64,000 bases of DNA from Candidatus Marinacidobacterium sp. (GTDB lineage: Bacteria; Acidobacteriota; Vicinamibacteria; Marinacidobacterales; Marinacidobacteraceae). Each line of letters opens with the position of its first letter. Positions within the stretch are counted from its first letter, which is position 1. The stretch lies in NCBI GenBank assembly GCA_965204755.1, contig OZ242011.1:480001-544000 (forward strand), read 5' to 3'. The position numbers were made by a program, and so were the translations under genes. This document shows, piece by piece, positions 57,401 to 59,764 of the stretch. Under the pieces are notes generated by a model. That model was not told the DNA's origin and did not search any database. It saw nothing but the letters and a program-made list of their open reading frames with translations.

Positions 57401-59206
57401 GAACTCGACGGTTACCGAGATCACATCCCCGGCGATGTAGATGCCGCCCTGCCGGTTGCCGAATCCGTCCAGCGTTACGCCGGTTACCGTCGGCGCGACG
57501 GTGTCCCGCCCGTCCACCGTGAAGTCCGAGTCGTCGGTAACGGTGTAACTTCCGAGGTCGAGCGTCGCGTCGTTGGCGGTGTCCCGGATCGTCCCGCCGT
57601 TGAGCGCGAGCGCGGAGGCGGCGACGCTGATCCCGTCGGAGTCCCGGTCCGCGGTTACCACGGTGTAGGAGAACACCAGGGAGGCGGTCCCGCTGCCGGA
57701 GGCGTAATCGGCCTGCTTCGGCGTCGAGCCGATGGTCAGCGCGACCTGCGGCATCCCGGTTACGGTTACCGCTTCGCTGAAGGTAACGGTTACCGAGATC
57801 GCGTCGCCGGCGGTGAAGGAGCCGCTCGGGCCGGTCCCGGTTCCCGAGAGCGAGAGGCCGGTAACCGTCGGGGCTACCGCGTCCGCGGCGTTCCCGTTCA
57901 CCGCCGGGCCGGTGTCCGTGATCGCGGTCAGGGTCAGGGTCGCGTCGTTGGCGCTGTCCCGGATCGTCCCGCCGTTCAGCGTGAGCGCCGAGGTCCCCAC
58001 GCTCAGCCCGCCGGTGTCGGAATCCGCGGACGCGACGGTGTAGCGGAACACCAGGGAAGCCGTGCCGCTGCCGGAGGCGTAGTTCGCCTGCTTCGTCGCC
58101 GAGCCGATGGTCAGCGCCAACTGCGGCGTCCCGGTAACGGTTACCGTCTCGCTGAAGGCAACGGTCGCCGCGATCACATCCCCGGCGCGGAAGACCCCGC
58201 CCGCGGCCGTCGCCGTCCCGGAGAAAGTCACCCCGGTAACCGTCGGCGCAACGGCATCCGCCCCGTTCCCGTTGACGATGAAGTTCGCGTCGTTGGTTCT
58301 CGCGTGGGTACCGAGGCCGAGCGCCGCGTCGGTGGCGCCCTGCTTGATGGATCCGCCGTTCAACGACAATTTCGTGACGCTGATCCCGTTGGTGTCCTCG
58401 TCGTTGCCTCCGACGGTGTAACCGAAGACCAGCGAAGTCGAGCCGCTGCCGGAGAGGTAGGACATCTCCCGGTCCGTGGCCTCGCCGACGATGAGTTCCA
58501 GGACCGGCGTTCCGGTAACGGTAACGGCCAGGCTGAAGGTTACGGTCGCGCGGATCTCATCCCCCTGGATGAAGGCGCCGCTCGCGCCCTGCGCGGAACC
58601 GGAGAGGGACAACCCGGCGACCTTGGGTTGGTTGAGGTCCCCGTCCACCACCTTGTCCCCGTTGGTGATCGCGTGGCCGGAGAGACTCAGGTTCGCGTTG
58701 ACGGAGTTGGCGGTGATCGAGCCGCCGTTCAACTCGAGCGCCGACGCGCCGACGCTGACGCCGTCGGAGTCTTCGTCCAGCAACCGCACGTTGTAGGTGA
58801 AGTAGAGGACGCCGCCGCTGACCCGCGAGTAGACGGCGTAGCCCGTCGCGGTCCCGATGCCCAGCGCCACCCGCGGCAAGCCGGTAACGGCGATGAGGGT
58901 GTTGTTGAAGTGGACCTCGACGCCGATGGAGTCGCCGGCGACGAAGACACCGCCGGCGCCGCTGCCGGTCCCGGTCAGCCGCACCTGGTTCACGGTGGGC
59001 GCGATCAGTTGCCCCGCCCCCGCGGGCGCGGCGCCGGGGCCGCCGAGAGAGAGGGCGAGGGCGAACAGCAGCGAACCGCCGACAGCCAAACCCCGGAGAC
59101 CGCGGAGTCCGGGGAAACCCCGGAAGCCGGGGATACCCCGGAAGCCGGGGATACCGGGGAAACCCCGGAAGCCGCGGCCCCGGCGGCGCCGGCCCGCCCG
59201 CGGCAT
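27401..59206 (-). CDS. Giant repetitive surface adhesin / autotransporter-like protein (at least 10,601 aa)
   Basis: An uninterrupted 31.8 kb ORF. An Arg-rich n-region and hydrophobic signal (LLFALALSL...AGA) precede tandem ~129 aa beta-rich repeats, a Gly linker, three shorter repeats, one further Ig-like domain and a helix. The amphipathic beta-strand C-terminus ends in RGTLRF. The true start may be ATG 59526 (see findings). Confidence 0.92.
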   Translation of the reverse strand: MPRAGRRRRGRGFRGFPGIPGFRGIPGFRGFPGLRGLRGLAVGGSLLFALALSLGGPGAAPAGAGQLIAPTVNQVRLTGTGSGAGGVFVAGDSIGVEVHFNNTLIAVTGLPRVALGIGTATGYAVYSRVSGGVLYFTYNVRLLDEDSDGVSVGASALELNGGSITANSVNANLSLSGHAITNGDKVVDGDLNQPKVAGLSLSGSAQGASGAFIQGDEIRATVTFSLAVTVTGTPVLELIVGEATDREMSYLSGSGSTSLVFGYTVGGNDEDTNGISVTKLSLNGGSIKQGATDAALGLGTHARTNDANFIVNGNGADAVAPTVTGVTFSGTATAAGGVFRAGDVIAATVAFSETVTVTGTPQLALTIGSATKQANYASGSGTASLVFRYTVASADSDTGGLSVGTSALTLNGGTIRDSANDATLTLTAITDTGPAVNGNAADAVAPTVTGLSLSGTGTGPSGSFTAGDAISVTVTFSEAVTVTGMPQVALTIGSTPKQADYASGSGTASLVFSYTVVTADRDSDGISVAASALALNGGTIRDTANDATLDLGSYTVTDDSDFTVDGRDTVAPTVTGVTLDGFGNRQGGIYIAGDVISVTVEFSEPVTVTGTPRVALTVGSATQQADYASGSGTASLVFRYAVQSGDSDSNGISIAADALALNTGTIADAASNNATLGLGTHLITDNTLFQVDGNAADNVGPTVTGVSLTGSGMGSSGAFIAGDVITVTIEFHEAATVTGTPQVALSIGSATQQADYASGSGTTSLVFRYTVQSADSDADGISIAAGALALNTGTIVDGANNNAALALGTHAVTNDGDFTVTGGGTDATGPVVTGVTLSGTGQGASGVFVAGDEISATVTFNEAATVGGTPQLAITVGENDRQADYASGSGTTALVFRYAVVSGDTDANGVSVGASALTLNGGSIADAANNTATLALGTHALGDDSAFTVNGSAADIVAPRVTGFSLGGTGTAASGVFRAGDPITATVTFHEAVTVTGTPQVELTVGSAARQAAYASGSGTAALVFRYAVASGDTDANGISVAASALTLNGGTIRDSANDAALDLGTHAVTDDSDFTVNGSAAASAAAPTVASLNFSSGASGPGGVLTSGDELRVLLTFNRTPYAVTGTPRLALTIGTETRYATYSSHGGFVWFTYTVQVADEDANGLSIGASALELNGGTITAGGLGVNLDLTGYTVTDGDHVVDGDAGAPWVFGMEVPATGRGAGGAFIAGDAIEVRLTFTQPATVTGTPRVAMTVGTTPRYASYVSGSGTTVLVFRYTVVAADTDNDGISIAGNALGLNNGTIGDTDGAATLNLIRYAFTNDGNLKVDGAGTDTTGPRVSGVSLSGIGNRAGGIFIAGDVITATVEFNEPATVTGAPRLALTIGAATRQAGYVSGSGTTSLVFRYTVAAGDTDPNGLSVAADALTLNGGMIRDAANNNAALDLGTRAVTDAADFRVDGNAADNRGPAVTGVSLSGTGMGASGVFIAGDILAVTVEFHEAATVVGTPQVALTVGANTRQAAYASGSGTKSLVFRYTVVSGDTDANGVSVAASALTLNSGTIRDAANNPAALDLGTHALGDDSDFTVAGGGADATGPVVTGVSLSGTGQGAGGVFVAGDEIEATVTFNEAATVNGTPQLALTIGTTDKQADYASGSGTTSLVFRYTVVAADTDANGVSVGATALTLNGGTIRDSANNNATLGLGTHALGDDADFEVNGSAADATAPTVTGVTVSGTGRGSGGVFIADDVLEVTVAFSEPVTVTGTPQVALTIGATDRQADYASGSGTASLVFRYTVVAADVDANGISIGASALTLNSGEIEDAANNDATLGLAAHVITDGDQAVNGAASEAVRPTVTGLTLGGVPNGGAVIFIAGDLIVATVTFSEPVTVVGTPQLALGIQSGTRQADYVSGSGTASLRFTYTVQSSDSEPFGYDVGASALTLNGGTIRDAANNNAILDLGSHAVSQSDWRVSGGNSDIVGPKVIGLSLSGSGMGAEGVFIGGDAIEAAVEFHETVTVVGAPQLAFMVGTATRQAAYVSGSGTASLRFRYTVVATDADTDGIDIGASALTLNGGTIRDGSNRNASLGLGSHAVSSAADFKVDGGGVDSSGPAVTGVTVGGEAHGANGVFIAGDTIEVTVEFSEPAIVTGTPRLALTIGAATRQADYASGSGTTSLVFRYTVAAADTDANGLSIGATALALNGGTIEDAADNDAALGLGSHAVTDGDAVVDGSASDTVAPTVAGVTLSGTGQGASGAFIAGDVIAVTVDFSESVTVTGAPQVALTVGANPRQAAYASGSGTISLVFRYTVASGDTDANGVAVGASALTLNNGTIKDGANNDAALGLGTHALADDANFRVTGGGTDAVGPRVTGLALSGTGIGANGVFIAGDAISVTVSFDEPVTVAGTPQVALTIGGATKQADYASGSGTASPTFRYLVADGDTDPDGIGVGASALALNGGSIADAAGNNAALALGTHAIARDAAFIVDGPAADAVAPTVTGVTLSGAGSGASGAFIAGDALTVTVAFSETVRITGMPQVALTVGAGTKQAAYAFGHGAASLSFRYLVVTADHDANGVAVGASALALNGGTIADAAGNNAALALGTHAIADDSDFTVDGDGTEVIAPTVAGLTLSGTPRGANGVFIAGDAIEATVAFSETVTVVGTPQVALTIGTTPRQAAYASGSGSASLVFRYTPVSTDADPDGISVGASALALNGGTIRDAAGNNAALGLGTHAVTDDADFTVSGNAAADTAGPTVQAVTLSGRGNKADGAFIAGDRIEVRVEFNETVLVTGTPQVALTIGAATRQAAYVSRGANSTVFRYTVAAADEDTDGVSVGASALTLNGGTIADRAGNAAALGLGTRAVTNDNLFRVDGDASDGRAPRVTGLRLSGTGTGASGAFIAGDRLGVVVEYDEPVTVTGTPIARLTIGIASRDAGYASGSGTTTPVFEYAVVSTDADANGVTVDTAGLALAGGTIADAAGNAATLTFGTHTVTDDADFVVTGSGTDTGGPTVTGVTLSGTGNGADGVFIAGDDLTVTVAFREPVTVTGTPRAALAVGTRTRYANYVSGSGTTSLSFRYRVAWADADADGISVGASALGLNGGTMKDAADNDAALGLGAHAVTNDADFAVNGRGADAAGPQVVGVSLAPVPPAPQGANGVYVDRDRIRITVEFNEEAVVTGRPRLNVGVGTSTAWAVYNSGSGTRALVFHFNVGYYRSEDANGISVTATGHDLVGATIADRAGNAGTLDLGRHAVTDDSRFVLDGDAGDAFPPDIVGITWGGRANGARGAFIAGDVIEFVVRTSQPIFVDRLERDPQLVLDLGGVRYADYASGDETTALRFRYEVQTADATTSLSLGSPKFALHGGRLVDRGVNNLRDPGGYTPVGPKVVDGDGADARAAAVTGLTLASDGPGNGAAGALIAGDRIRATVTFSEAVAVTGSPRLALTVGTATRYAAWVSATGRRRTHQFVYTVASGDDDANGVSVGTGALSLNGGTIRDRGNHAAALGLGVHAITDGEIVVDGDGTDARAPTVVGVTVSGIGEASEEGGTFTQGDVIVVEVEFDEPVTVTGTPQVALTLQNGTRQAAYSSGSGTTTLEFRYTVGSSDLDQNGIGIGPSALTLNGGTIEDDAENDAALGLGTHVRSQYRGFLISFGARSDRRPPAVTGLTLSGDAQGPGGVFIPDDEIVATLEFHEAATVTGTPQLALVIGATTRQANYSSGSGTTSLVFRYTVVASDSDVNGIGVGASALSLNGGTIADAGNRRHTSVTLENALADHAVTDDPDIIVDGSLTDTSNPRVTGVTLSGRGSGGNGIFRAGDAVTVTIEFNERVTVTGTPQVALTVGANTRQADYASGSGTTSLAFRYPVVSADRDANGIAVGASALTLNGGTMADGAGNAAALALGTHAVADAADFVVNGAAPAAPVVNDVQLTGRGAAQGAGPSFIAGDVIRVEVGFDSAIHVLGAPQLALTIGADTRQAAYDSSASGVAYLIFSYTVQSADADSNGVSIGASALNLNGGSIQGSARQAADLRIPAEHTITDHRDYVVNGSGSDVVGPHMTRAIVRNFGEGANLSFIAGEVVVFEATFNESVTVVGTPQLRTNLANMDYHSGSGTTTLVFRYTVQATDSAANLTIYTPAFSYPTGASIRDAGGNDASTASPRTTRGRGVNGGGTDVRSPGITGVSWSGRGQGAGGAFIAGDDIEVTVEYHEPVTVSGTPQFQIAVDATIRRAGYVSGSGTTSLVFRYAVVSGDADADGIYPYGLILNGATMADTAGNAAEILLLSHANVRGPVVNGAAADALGPAVAGVTLSGTGHGASGVFVAGNEIEATVEFDEAATVTGTPQLELTIGANARRADYVSGSGTTALVFRYAVVSADADANGVSVGATALTLNGGTIEDAAENDALLGLGTHALGDQGGFIVNGSASDVLAPTVTGYSLSGTGQGASGVFIAGNEIAVTVEFSEPVTVIGTPQVTIGIGANNRPAAYASGSGTASLVFRYAVVTGDADADGVSVAASALMLAGGQIRDAAGNAAALSLGTAVTNDSDFIVTGSGTDVTVPTVAGVTLSGTGQGANGVFRAGDVIRIRVRFSEPVTVTGTPLLSLTLASGGAAAGYSAADSSGADLVFRYTARAADRDDDGISVGASALGLNGGGIADAAGNAAALGLGAHAVTDAAGFAVNGSAADALPPTVTGVSLSGIANGAGGVFRVGDVIRIRVRFSEPVTVTGTPLLVLAVGSGSGSAGYSAADSSGADLVFRYTVRVADLDNDGIGIGASALDLNNGTIVDGGNNAASPGLGAHAVANAAGFAVNGGASDGVGPTVTGVRLSGSGMGANGVFTAGDRISVTVDFHEAATVTGTPQVALTVGTTARQAGYVSGSGTASLVFRYTVVWADTDADGVAVGASALALNGGTIVDAAMNAASLGLGDHALADAAGFIVNGSAADTGVPTVTGVAVSGEARGPNGVFIADDVLEVTVDFNEPVRVTGTPRVALTIGGSTRQADYASGSGTASLVFRYAVVSADTDSNGLSIGATALALNDGTIRDEAGNAASLGLGSHAITDGEAVVNGSAADTVAPTVVGVSASGIGQGASGAFIAADVIRIRVRFSESVTVTSVPGGPALAITLASGSTFASYSASESSGADLVFRYEVQSAQADSNGISVGASALGLHGAAIADRAGNAAALGLGAHAFSNDGDFVVAGSGPDAVGPTVTGLSLSGTPQGARGIFTAGDRISVTLEFHEAATVTGTPQVALAVGSAIRQAGYVSGSGTTSLVFRYAVAAADADADGIGIGASALSLNGGTIRDASSNDAPLGLGPHALAAAPGFRVNGAAADAVGPTVTGLSVGGEARGQGGVFIAGDTIEVTVAFNEAVTVTGAPRVALVVGTTTRYAAYASGSGTASPVFRYPVVAADADADGVSVGPSALSLNGGTIRDAAANDASLGLGVHAITDGEAVVDGTAADAIPPTVTGLALAGPPPGPQGASGVYIAGDVIEATVTFSESVTVTGAPQLALTVGANIRQAAYASGSGTTSLAFRYTVVAADTDANGVSVAAGALTLNSGTIADTNGNAAMLGLGTHVLGNQSGFTVNGAATDGVGPSVTGVSLSGTGQGAGGVFIAGDEITVTVEFGEAATVTGEPQVALTIGADTRQAGYVSGSGTTSLVFRYTVVSGDTDGNGISVGAGALTLNSGTIEDAANNNAALDLGTHAITDASGFRVAGGGSDVVAPRVAGVRLVAGSPQGTAGAYIAGDEITAAVEFSEPVTVTGTPRLALTVGPNLRQAGYVSGSETTTLLFRYAVVTGDADPNGVAVGASALTLTGGAAIRDAAGNAAALGLGSHAVSDDGAFTVAGSASDTASPTVTGLAIAEVAQGVFAGTPTFIAGDEIIVTVAFSEPVTVTTTGGTPQVALTIGTMTRQAGYVSGSGGTSLEFRYTVVAADPNGSLVIGASALALNGGTIADGAGNNAALGLGTHAVASGSWFVQPARADAVVPTVTGLTLSAPAPGAQGADGAFIAGDAIEVTVAFSEPVTVAGAPRVALTIGTATKHAEYVSGSGTASLLFRYTVVSGDADPNGLSIGPSALGLNSGTIRDAGNNNAALSLGSHVVSDAAGFAVAGSGSDVTGPRVSGVTVSGEARGAMGTFIAGDTIVVTLEFDDAATVGGTPRVALTIGSAVRYADYASGSGTTSLVFRYTVVAADSDSDGLSVGPSALSLNGGTIRDARGNDAALGLGDHAVTDGDAVVDGSATDAIAPTVTGAALSGSAQGAGGVFIAGDEITVTVDFSETVTVTGMPQVELTIGANARQAGYVSGSGTTSLVFRYTVAAADTDANGIAVAASALGLNNGTIRDAASNDAALGLGTHALADDSAFTVNGSAADGRAPAVTGKALSGSAQGAGGVFIAGDEIKVTVDFDEEVTVTGMPQVTLYIGANNRLADYVSGSGTTSLVFRYAVVSADADADGISIGASALGLNGGAITDGTNNAALSLGTAVVNAAGFAVNGSAPDRVAPRVAGASLSGSGQGANGVFIAGDAITLTVEFDEEVTVSGTPRAALTIGNAVRYAGYVSGSGTTSLSFRYAVAAGDRDSNGISVGASALDLNGGGIADAATNAAALGLGDHVITDAAAFEVNGSAADAVAPTVVGVTLSGSAQGASGVFIAGDAISVTVDFSEPVRVTGTPQVALTVGTGPKQAGYVSGSGTASLVFRYTVVAADADSNGIAVGASALALNGGGIDDDAGNAASLGLGTHAISDAADFTVNGGAADGRSPAVAGVTLSGSAQGAGGTFIVDDVLEVTVEFDEPVTVTGAPQVALTIGTPPTKPAAYVSGSGTASLLFRYTVVAADADANGISVGAAALTLNSGTIKDAANNDAALGLGTHAITDAADFTVDGAAGDGRAPAVAGVSLSGSAQGASGVFIAGDEIEVTVEFDEVVTVTETPRAALRIGSATRYASYVSGSGTASLVFRYAVARGDRDPNGIGVSSLDLNGGTIRDDAANNAALGLGDHAITDDADFEVNGSAADGVAPTVTGVTLSGRAQGAFGVFRAGDEITATVEFSEPVTVVGTPQLEFTVGAAPKQADYASGSGTSSLVFRYTVAAGDTDANGISVGASALTLNGGTIRDAAGNNAARGLGTHAVSDASGFTVNGAAADAIGPFVTGVSLSGVGQGQDGRFIAGDAISVTVSFNEAASVMGTPQVELTIGSTPRQADYASGSGTTELVFRYAVVAGDTDADGVAVAASALGLNGGTIRDAANNAASLGLGTHALGDAADFRVNGGGADVRRPEVAGVTVGGTARGASGLFIAGDVLEATVEFDEEVTVTGTPALRLTVGVNTRRADYASGSGTASLVFRYTVVSGDRDSNGIGVSGSALFLNGGAIRDGSNNPANLGIGDHAFTESGAPVDGSASDAIPPTVTGVTLSGAPQGGSAIFIAGDEIAATVEFSEPVTVVGTPQLALTVGANIRQADYASGSGTTELVFHYTVVSGDTDSNGIAVGASALGLNGGTIRDLVGNAATLDLGTRALGDQSGFTVNGAATDMVAPTVAGVSLSGSGQGASGTFIADDVIEATVTFSEPVTVTGTPQLALTFGAVEKQADYASGSGTASLVFRYTVVTADADANGLSVGASALALNSGMIRDGASNDASLGLGSHAVTDASGFRVNGSGPDVRRPSVTGVTVSGEARGENGVFIADDVLEVTVEFDEAVTVTGTPRVWLDVGPSLRRADYASGSGTASLVFRYTVVRADRDSNGIGVGSSALATGGGAIRDGSNNPANLGLGDHAITDGDAVVDGSAADAIPPTVTGVTLSGAPQGGASLFIADDEIEVTVEFSEPVTVTGTPQVEITVGANARQAGYVSGSGTASLLFRYTVVTADTDSNGVSVGASALALNGGTVEDAAGNTATLDLGAHALGDRSGFTVNGAASDMVAPTVTGVSLAGTGQGENGTFIADDVIEVTVGFSEPVTVTGTPQLALTFGAVDKQADYASGSGAASLVFRYTVVTADADANGLSVGASALTLNSGMIRDAANNDAALGLGSHAVTDASDFRVAGSGADVRGPRVSGVSLSGSAQGANGVFIAGDEIAVTVEFDEVVTVTGTPRVWLTVGSRTRAAAYASGAGTAALVFRYTVVAADSDGNGISVRTSALDRAGGRIRDASSNDAALDLGDHAITDDANFEVDGAAADAVRPTVTGLALSGSRPQGANGIFIAGDRIEVTVEFSEPVTVTGSPQVALTLGSGAGQAVYSSGGGNTLVFRYTVQSGDTDANGLSIGTTALAANGGTIRDAAGNDAALGLGTHAVSNDGDFRVNGSAADAVAPRVTGLLLSGTAQGANGTFIADDVLTVTVYFDEAITVTGTPQVEITIGNQARQADFVSGNRRTSLTFRYTVASGDADANGISVAAGALALNGGTMTDGANNNAALGLGMHAVTDDAAFEVDGSGADVVAPTVAGVTVAPRQPPSGQSGTLIAGDEVSVTITFSEPVEVTGSPRVALTLATGTRYADWVSAAGRRTEHEFRYAVVTGDDDSNGLSIGTNALRTNGGTIRDRGNNNARLSLSGHEISDGEVVVDGDGADVRAPTVAGVTVSGSAQGASGVFIAGDDLVVTVEFDEAVVVTGAPQVEITVGSSARQAAYASGSGTTALEFRYTVVTADTDANGVSVGASALALNGGTIEDRAGNDAALALGTHVISNGDAVVTGSGTDVRVPRVVRAALAASGNGDGGAFIEGDPIRVDLHFDEPVTVTTTGGTPRLALTVGVRTRYAERIAVAGAGGEVVSFRYLVQAVDDAPAGVRVGASALGLNGGTIADGASNAAVLGLGAVDFSEVERYAVDGDGEDARAPFVTGMSVSGRRRGGPDTFIAGDVIEVEVRFHKPVRVSGRPQVALGLTSGTRQAAWAAAGSDASRQLFRYTVVTADEDADGLGIAANALQLNGGTIRDNRNQAANLDLTGYEIANESASKVDGDGTDPAPTADTFTFSGTGEGASGAFIAGNVISVAAEFSEPVTVTGAASLSFFVGTTSRSAAYRAGSGTDTLSFAYVVQSADADTDGLALGVSPLGGTIEDDRGNAPDQSGSRTVVGANAIRVDGNGADVRAPTVRGVSISAAFPGNGLDGAYISGDTIEVVVEFSEPVRVTGTPQLALGIGAGTRQADYAAGSGTPALSFRYRVALADSDADGISIGAAALALNGGAIVDRASTPNNANLSLAGHAITDGDAVVSGGGSDTRAPTVVGLSVSAAWPGNGANGVYIAGDVIQVEVRFSEPVSVSGTPQVALTVGNARRPARWHSSSLDRRLQRFRYTVQRSDEDADGVGIGSSALTPSGGRIRERVGGGKDADLRLGGHAFDADPEIVVDGDGADVVAPTVIDVTVSSAYPGNGAGGAYIAGDVVAVGVSFSEPVTVTGTPQLALTIGSATRQADYASGSGTSTLVFRYSVVAADADANGLGIAASALALNGGTIVDGGGTAAALGLGDHAFANDADLPVAGSASDDRQPTVVGVVLSGRGSGAGGTFAPGDSIGVEVRFSEPVAVSGMPLLRLTLGGGTSARAVTSGVLRRGQGGTPGMEVVTARYTGQTDDLRGLLFEYRVLPGDEDPNGISIGSGALDLNGGSITDGVAAQEANPNPANLALGVHAVADDGQFALAPPTPASDPGGGGGGGGGGGGAPAAGEPRVVSLSIVSAPADGDAYREGETVVFLAAFSEAVSVNRRERLALTVGDEARTAAYREGAGSARVVFRYRVAAGDLDRDGISVPPNPFRPGQIRTLRGDEVALAHGGLDDDPAHRVDARTAPPPPPPPEAALTVTGVSLVSSPADGAFYRAGETITVEVAFSGPARVGGAASLKLALGGSPRTAAYLAGSGTAKLRFGYPVEIPDWDEDGVEVTANTLAGAVSGAPGQRVALGHRGVSGGAEHRVRGIDPLTVREVRISSTPPDGVAYRVGQTVEVAVEFSSPARVSGTPSLPLTVGLSARPAGYRSGAGTAALRFAYRVVEGDWDENGVSVPQDAVPSAVTGVPGQRVDLSHPALADQPEHPVRGISPPRAVGTLPALTLIAGADPHPVEVAAAFSGAERYAASSSAPGVASALLTGAAVVSVSPLTEGEASVTVTASNRAGSAEQSFAVTVVADPAEAAVVAETLTGMGRGFLSSASEVIGRRMEARGGSSRLTMTALSGGNGGLPVGGLENAALGVQTLFRGERPLENAASLEGFDPVRDSFALTFGQDDEGGRSGTGGADDGGLRWGLWGAGDLVSFEGAPAAGAAYSGDLRTPYVGADVSGDSWLAGLAVARTFGRADYSFAGETTGTGETTARITSVLPYASVRPTDRTEFWAIGGAGSGTLETDRGERGRESQSLSLGMGLVGLRLRVAGAGEGLELAVRGDAGLSRLATASGAGVSGGLEARAFRLRAGVETRFRQGLGGGGAVEPFATVSARADGDTEVTGRGLELAGGLRLTAGTRFRLEAQGRMLAAHSEDGFRERGAGLTALLQPRQDGAGLSFSLAPTWGGRGGQDALWRPDANLFTGAGAAAARRPEGGAFEARFGYGFPAGPLPGVFTPFTDYGAGDGRNRVRFGLRYGDPLSPGRMFDLELSGERASYSDTPAYLRLGLRGTLRF
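29110..59000 (-). repeat. About 75-80 tandem ~387-bp intragenic repeats (Ig-like domains with a DxDxNG loop)
   Basis: Consensus APTVTGVTLSG...FIAGD.I.VTVEFSEPVTVTGTPQ.ALT.G...RQA.Y.SGSGT.SLVFRYTV...D.DANG.SVGASAL.LNGGTI.D.A.N.A.L.LG.HA. The count is estimated from span divided by period. Confidence 0.93.
59090..59175 (-). repeat. 9/18-bp microsatellite encoding GFRGIP-like repeats in the signal n-region
   Basis: CCCCGGAAGCCGGGGATA-type units translate as GFRGFPGIPGFRGIPGFRGFPGLRGLRGL. Confidence 0.75.
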
Positions 59207-59241
59207 CAGCCCCGGCGCGGCCCCGCCGCCCCGCCGCGAAT

Positions 59242-59280
<39 letters not shown>

Positions 59281-59457
59281 CCTTCGTCTCATCGCTGCGA
59301 AGCGGGGTCGCGCGGCGGGCGGTTAGCCGGCGGGCGGTCGTCCGGCGGTTGCGGGCGGCGGTCTCCGCCGGCCGCGCCGCTTCCTCCGAGCCTCCCGGCG
59401 AGCGGCGCCCGCGGCGCCCGCCCCCCGGAGGGAAACCCCGGCTACGCCGGGAATTCC

Positions 59458-59480
59458 GGGGGGGGGGGGGGGGGGGGGGG
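59458..59480 (-). repeat. Homopolymer tract C23 on the coding strand (G23 on +), distal
   Basis: Read directly from the sequence. Its flanks are homologous to those of the proximal tract. Confidence 0.9.
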
Positions 59481-59613
59481 TAGCCGTCGTCTCATCGCGG
59501 AGCGGGGCCGCGCGGCGCGAGGTCATTGCTGGTGGCTTCCGGGAGCGGTGCTCCGGTCGCCGCCGCCGGGCCGCTCCGGCGAGCGGCTTCGGGGCGGCGA
59601 CAGCCGGGCTGCG

Positions 59614-59655
59614 AGGATACCGGAATCGGCGACCGGATCGCATCCGCGATTCCGG
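59614..59655 (-). promoter_or_regulatory. Putative promoter of the giant gene with an adjacent inverted repeat
   Basis: A -10-like TATCCT at 59619-59614 is the same hexamer found upstream of the B12 riboswitch. A 9-bp inverted repeat CCGGAATCG/CGATTCCGG lies at 59620-59628 and 59647-59655. Confidence 0.45.
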
Positions 59656-59685
59656 ACGGCGGTCGGAGGCGGCGGCGCGGCGGCC

Positions 59686-59757
59686 GGCGGCGTTCCCGGC
59701 GCCGCGGTCGGAGGAGTTTCCGGCGCGGTGGTCCGGGGAGTTTCCGGCGCGGCAGCG
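59686..59757. repeat. Three imperfect 24-bp tandem repeats
   Basis: GGCGGCGTTCCCGGCGCCGCGGTC / GGAGGAGTTTCCGGCGCGGTGGTC / CGGGGAGTTTCCGGCGCGGCAGCG. Confidence 0.65.
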
Positions 59758-59764
59758 CCGGGGG

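Noticed and set aside
29110-59000. Possible CRISPR array or DGR template/variable repeats
   Set aside because: The repeats are ~387-bp in-frame coding units with no unique spacers. There is no cas or reverse transcriptase gene, and no adenine-specific variation pattern was evident.
59620-59655. Invertible promoter (fimS-like switch)
   Set aside because: The inverted repeats enclose only 18 bp and there is no recombinase in the window.
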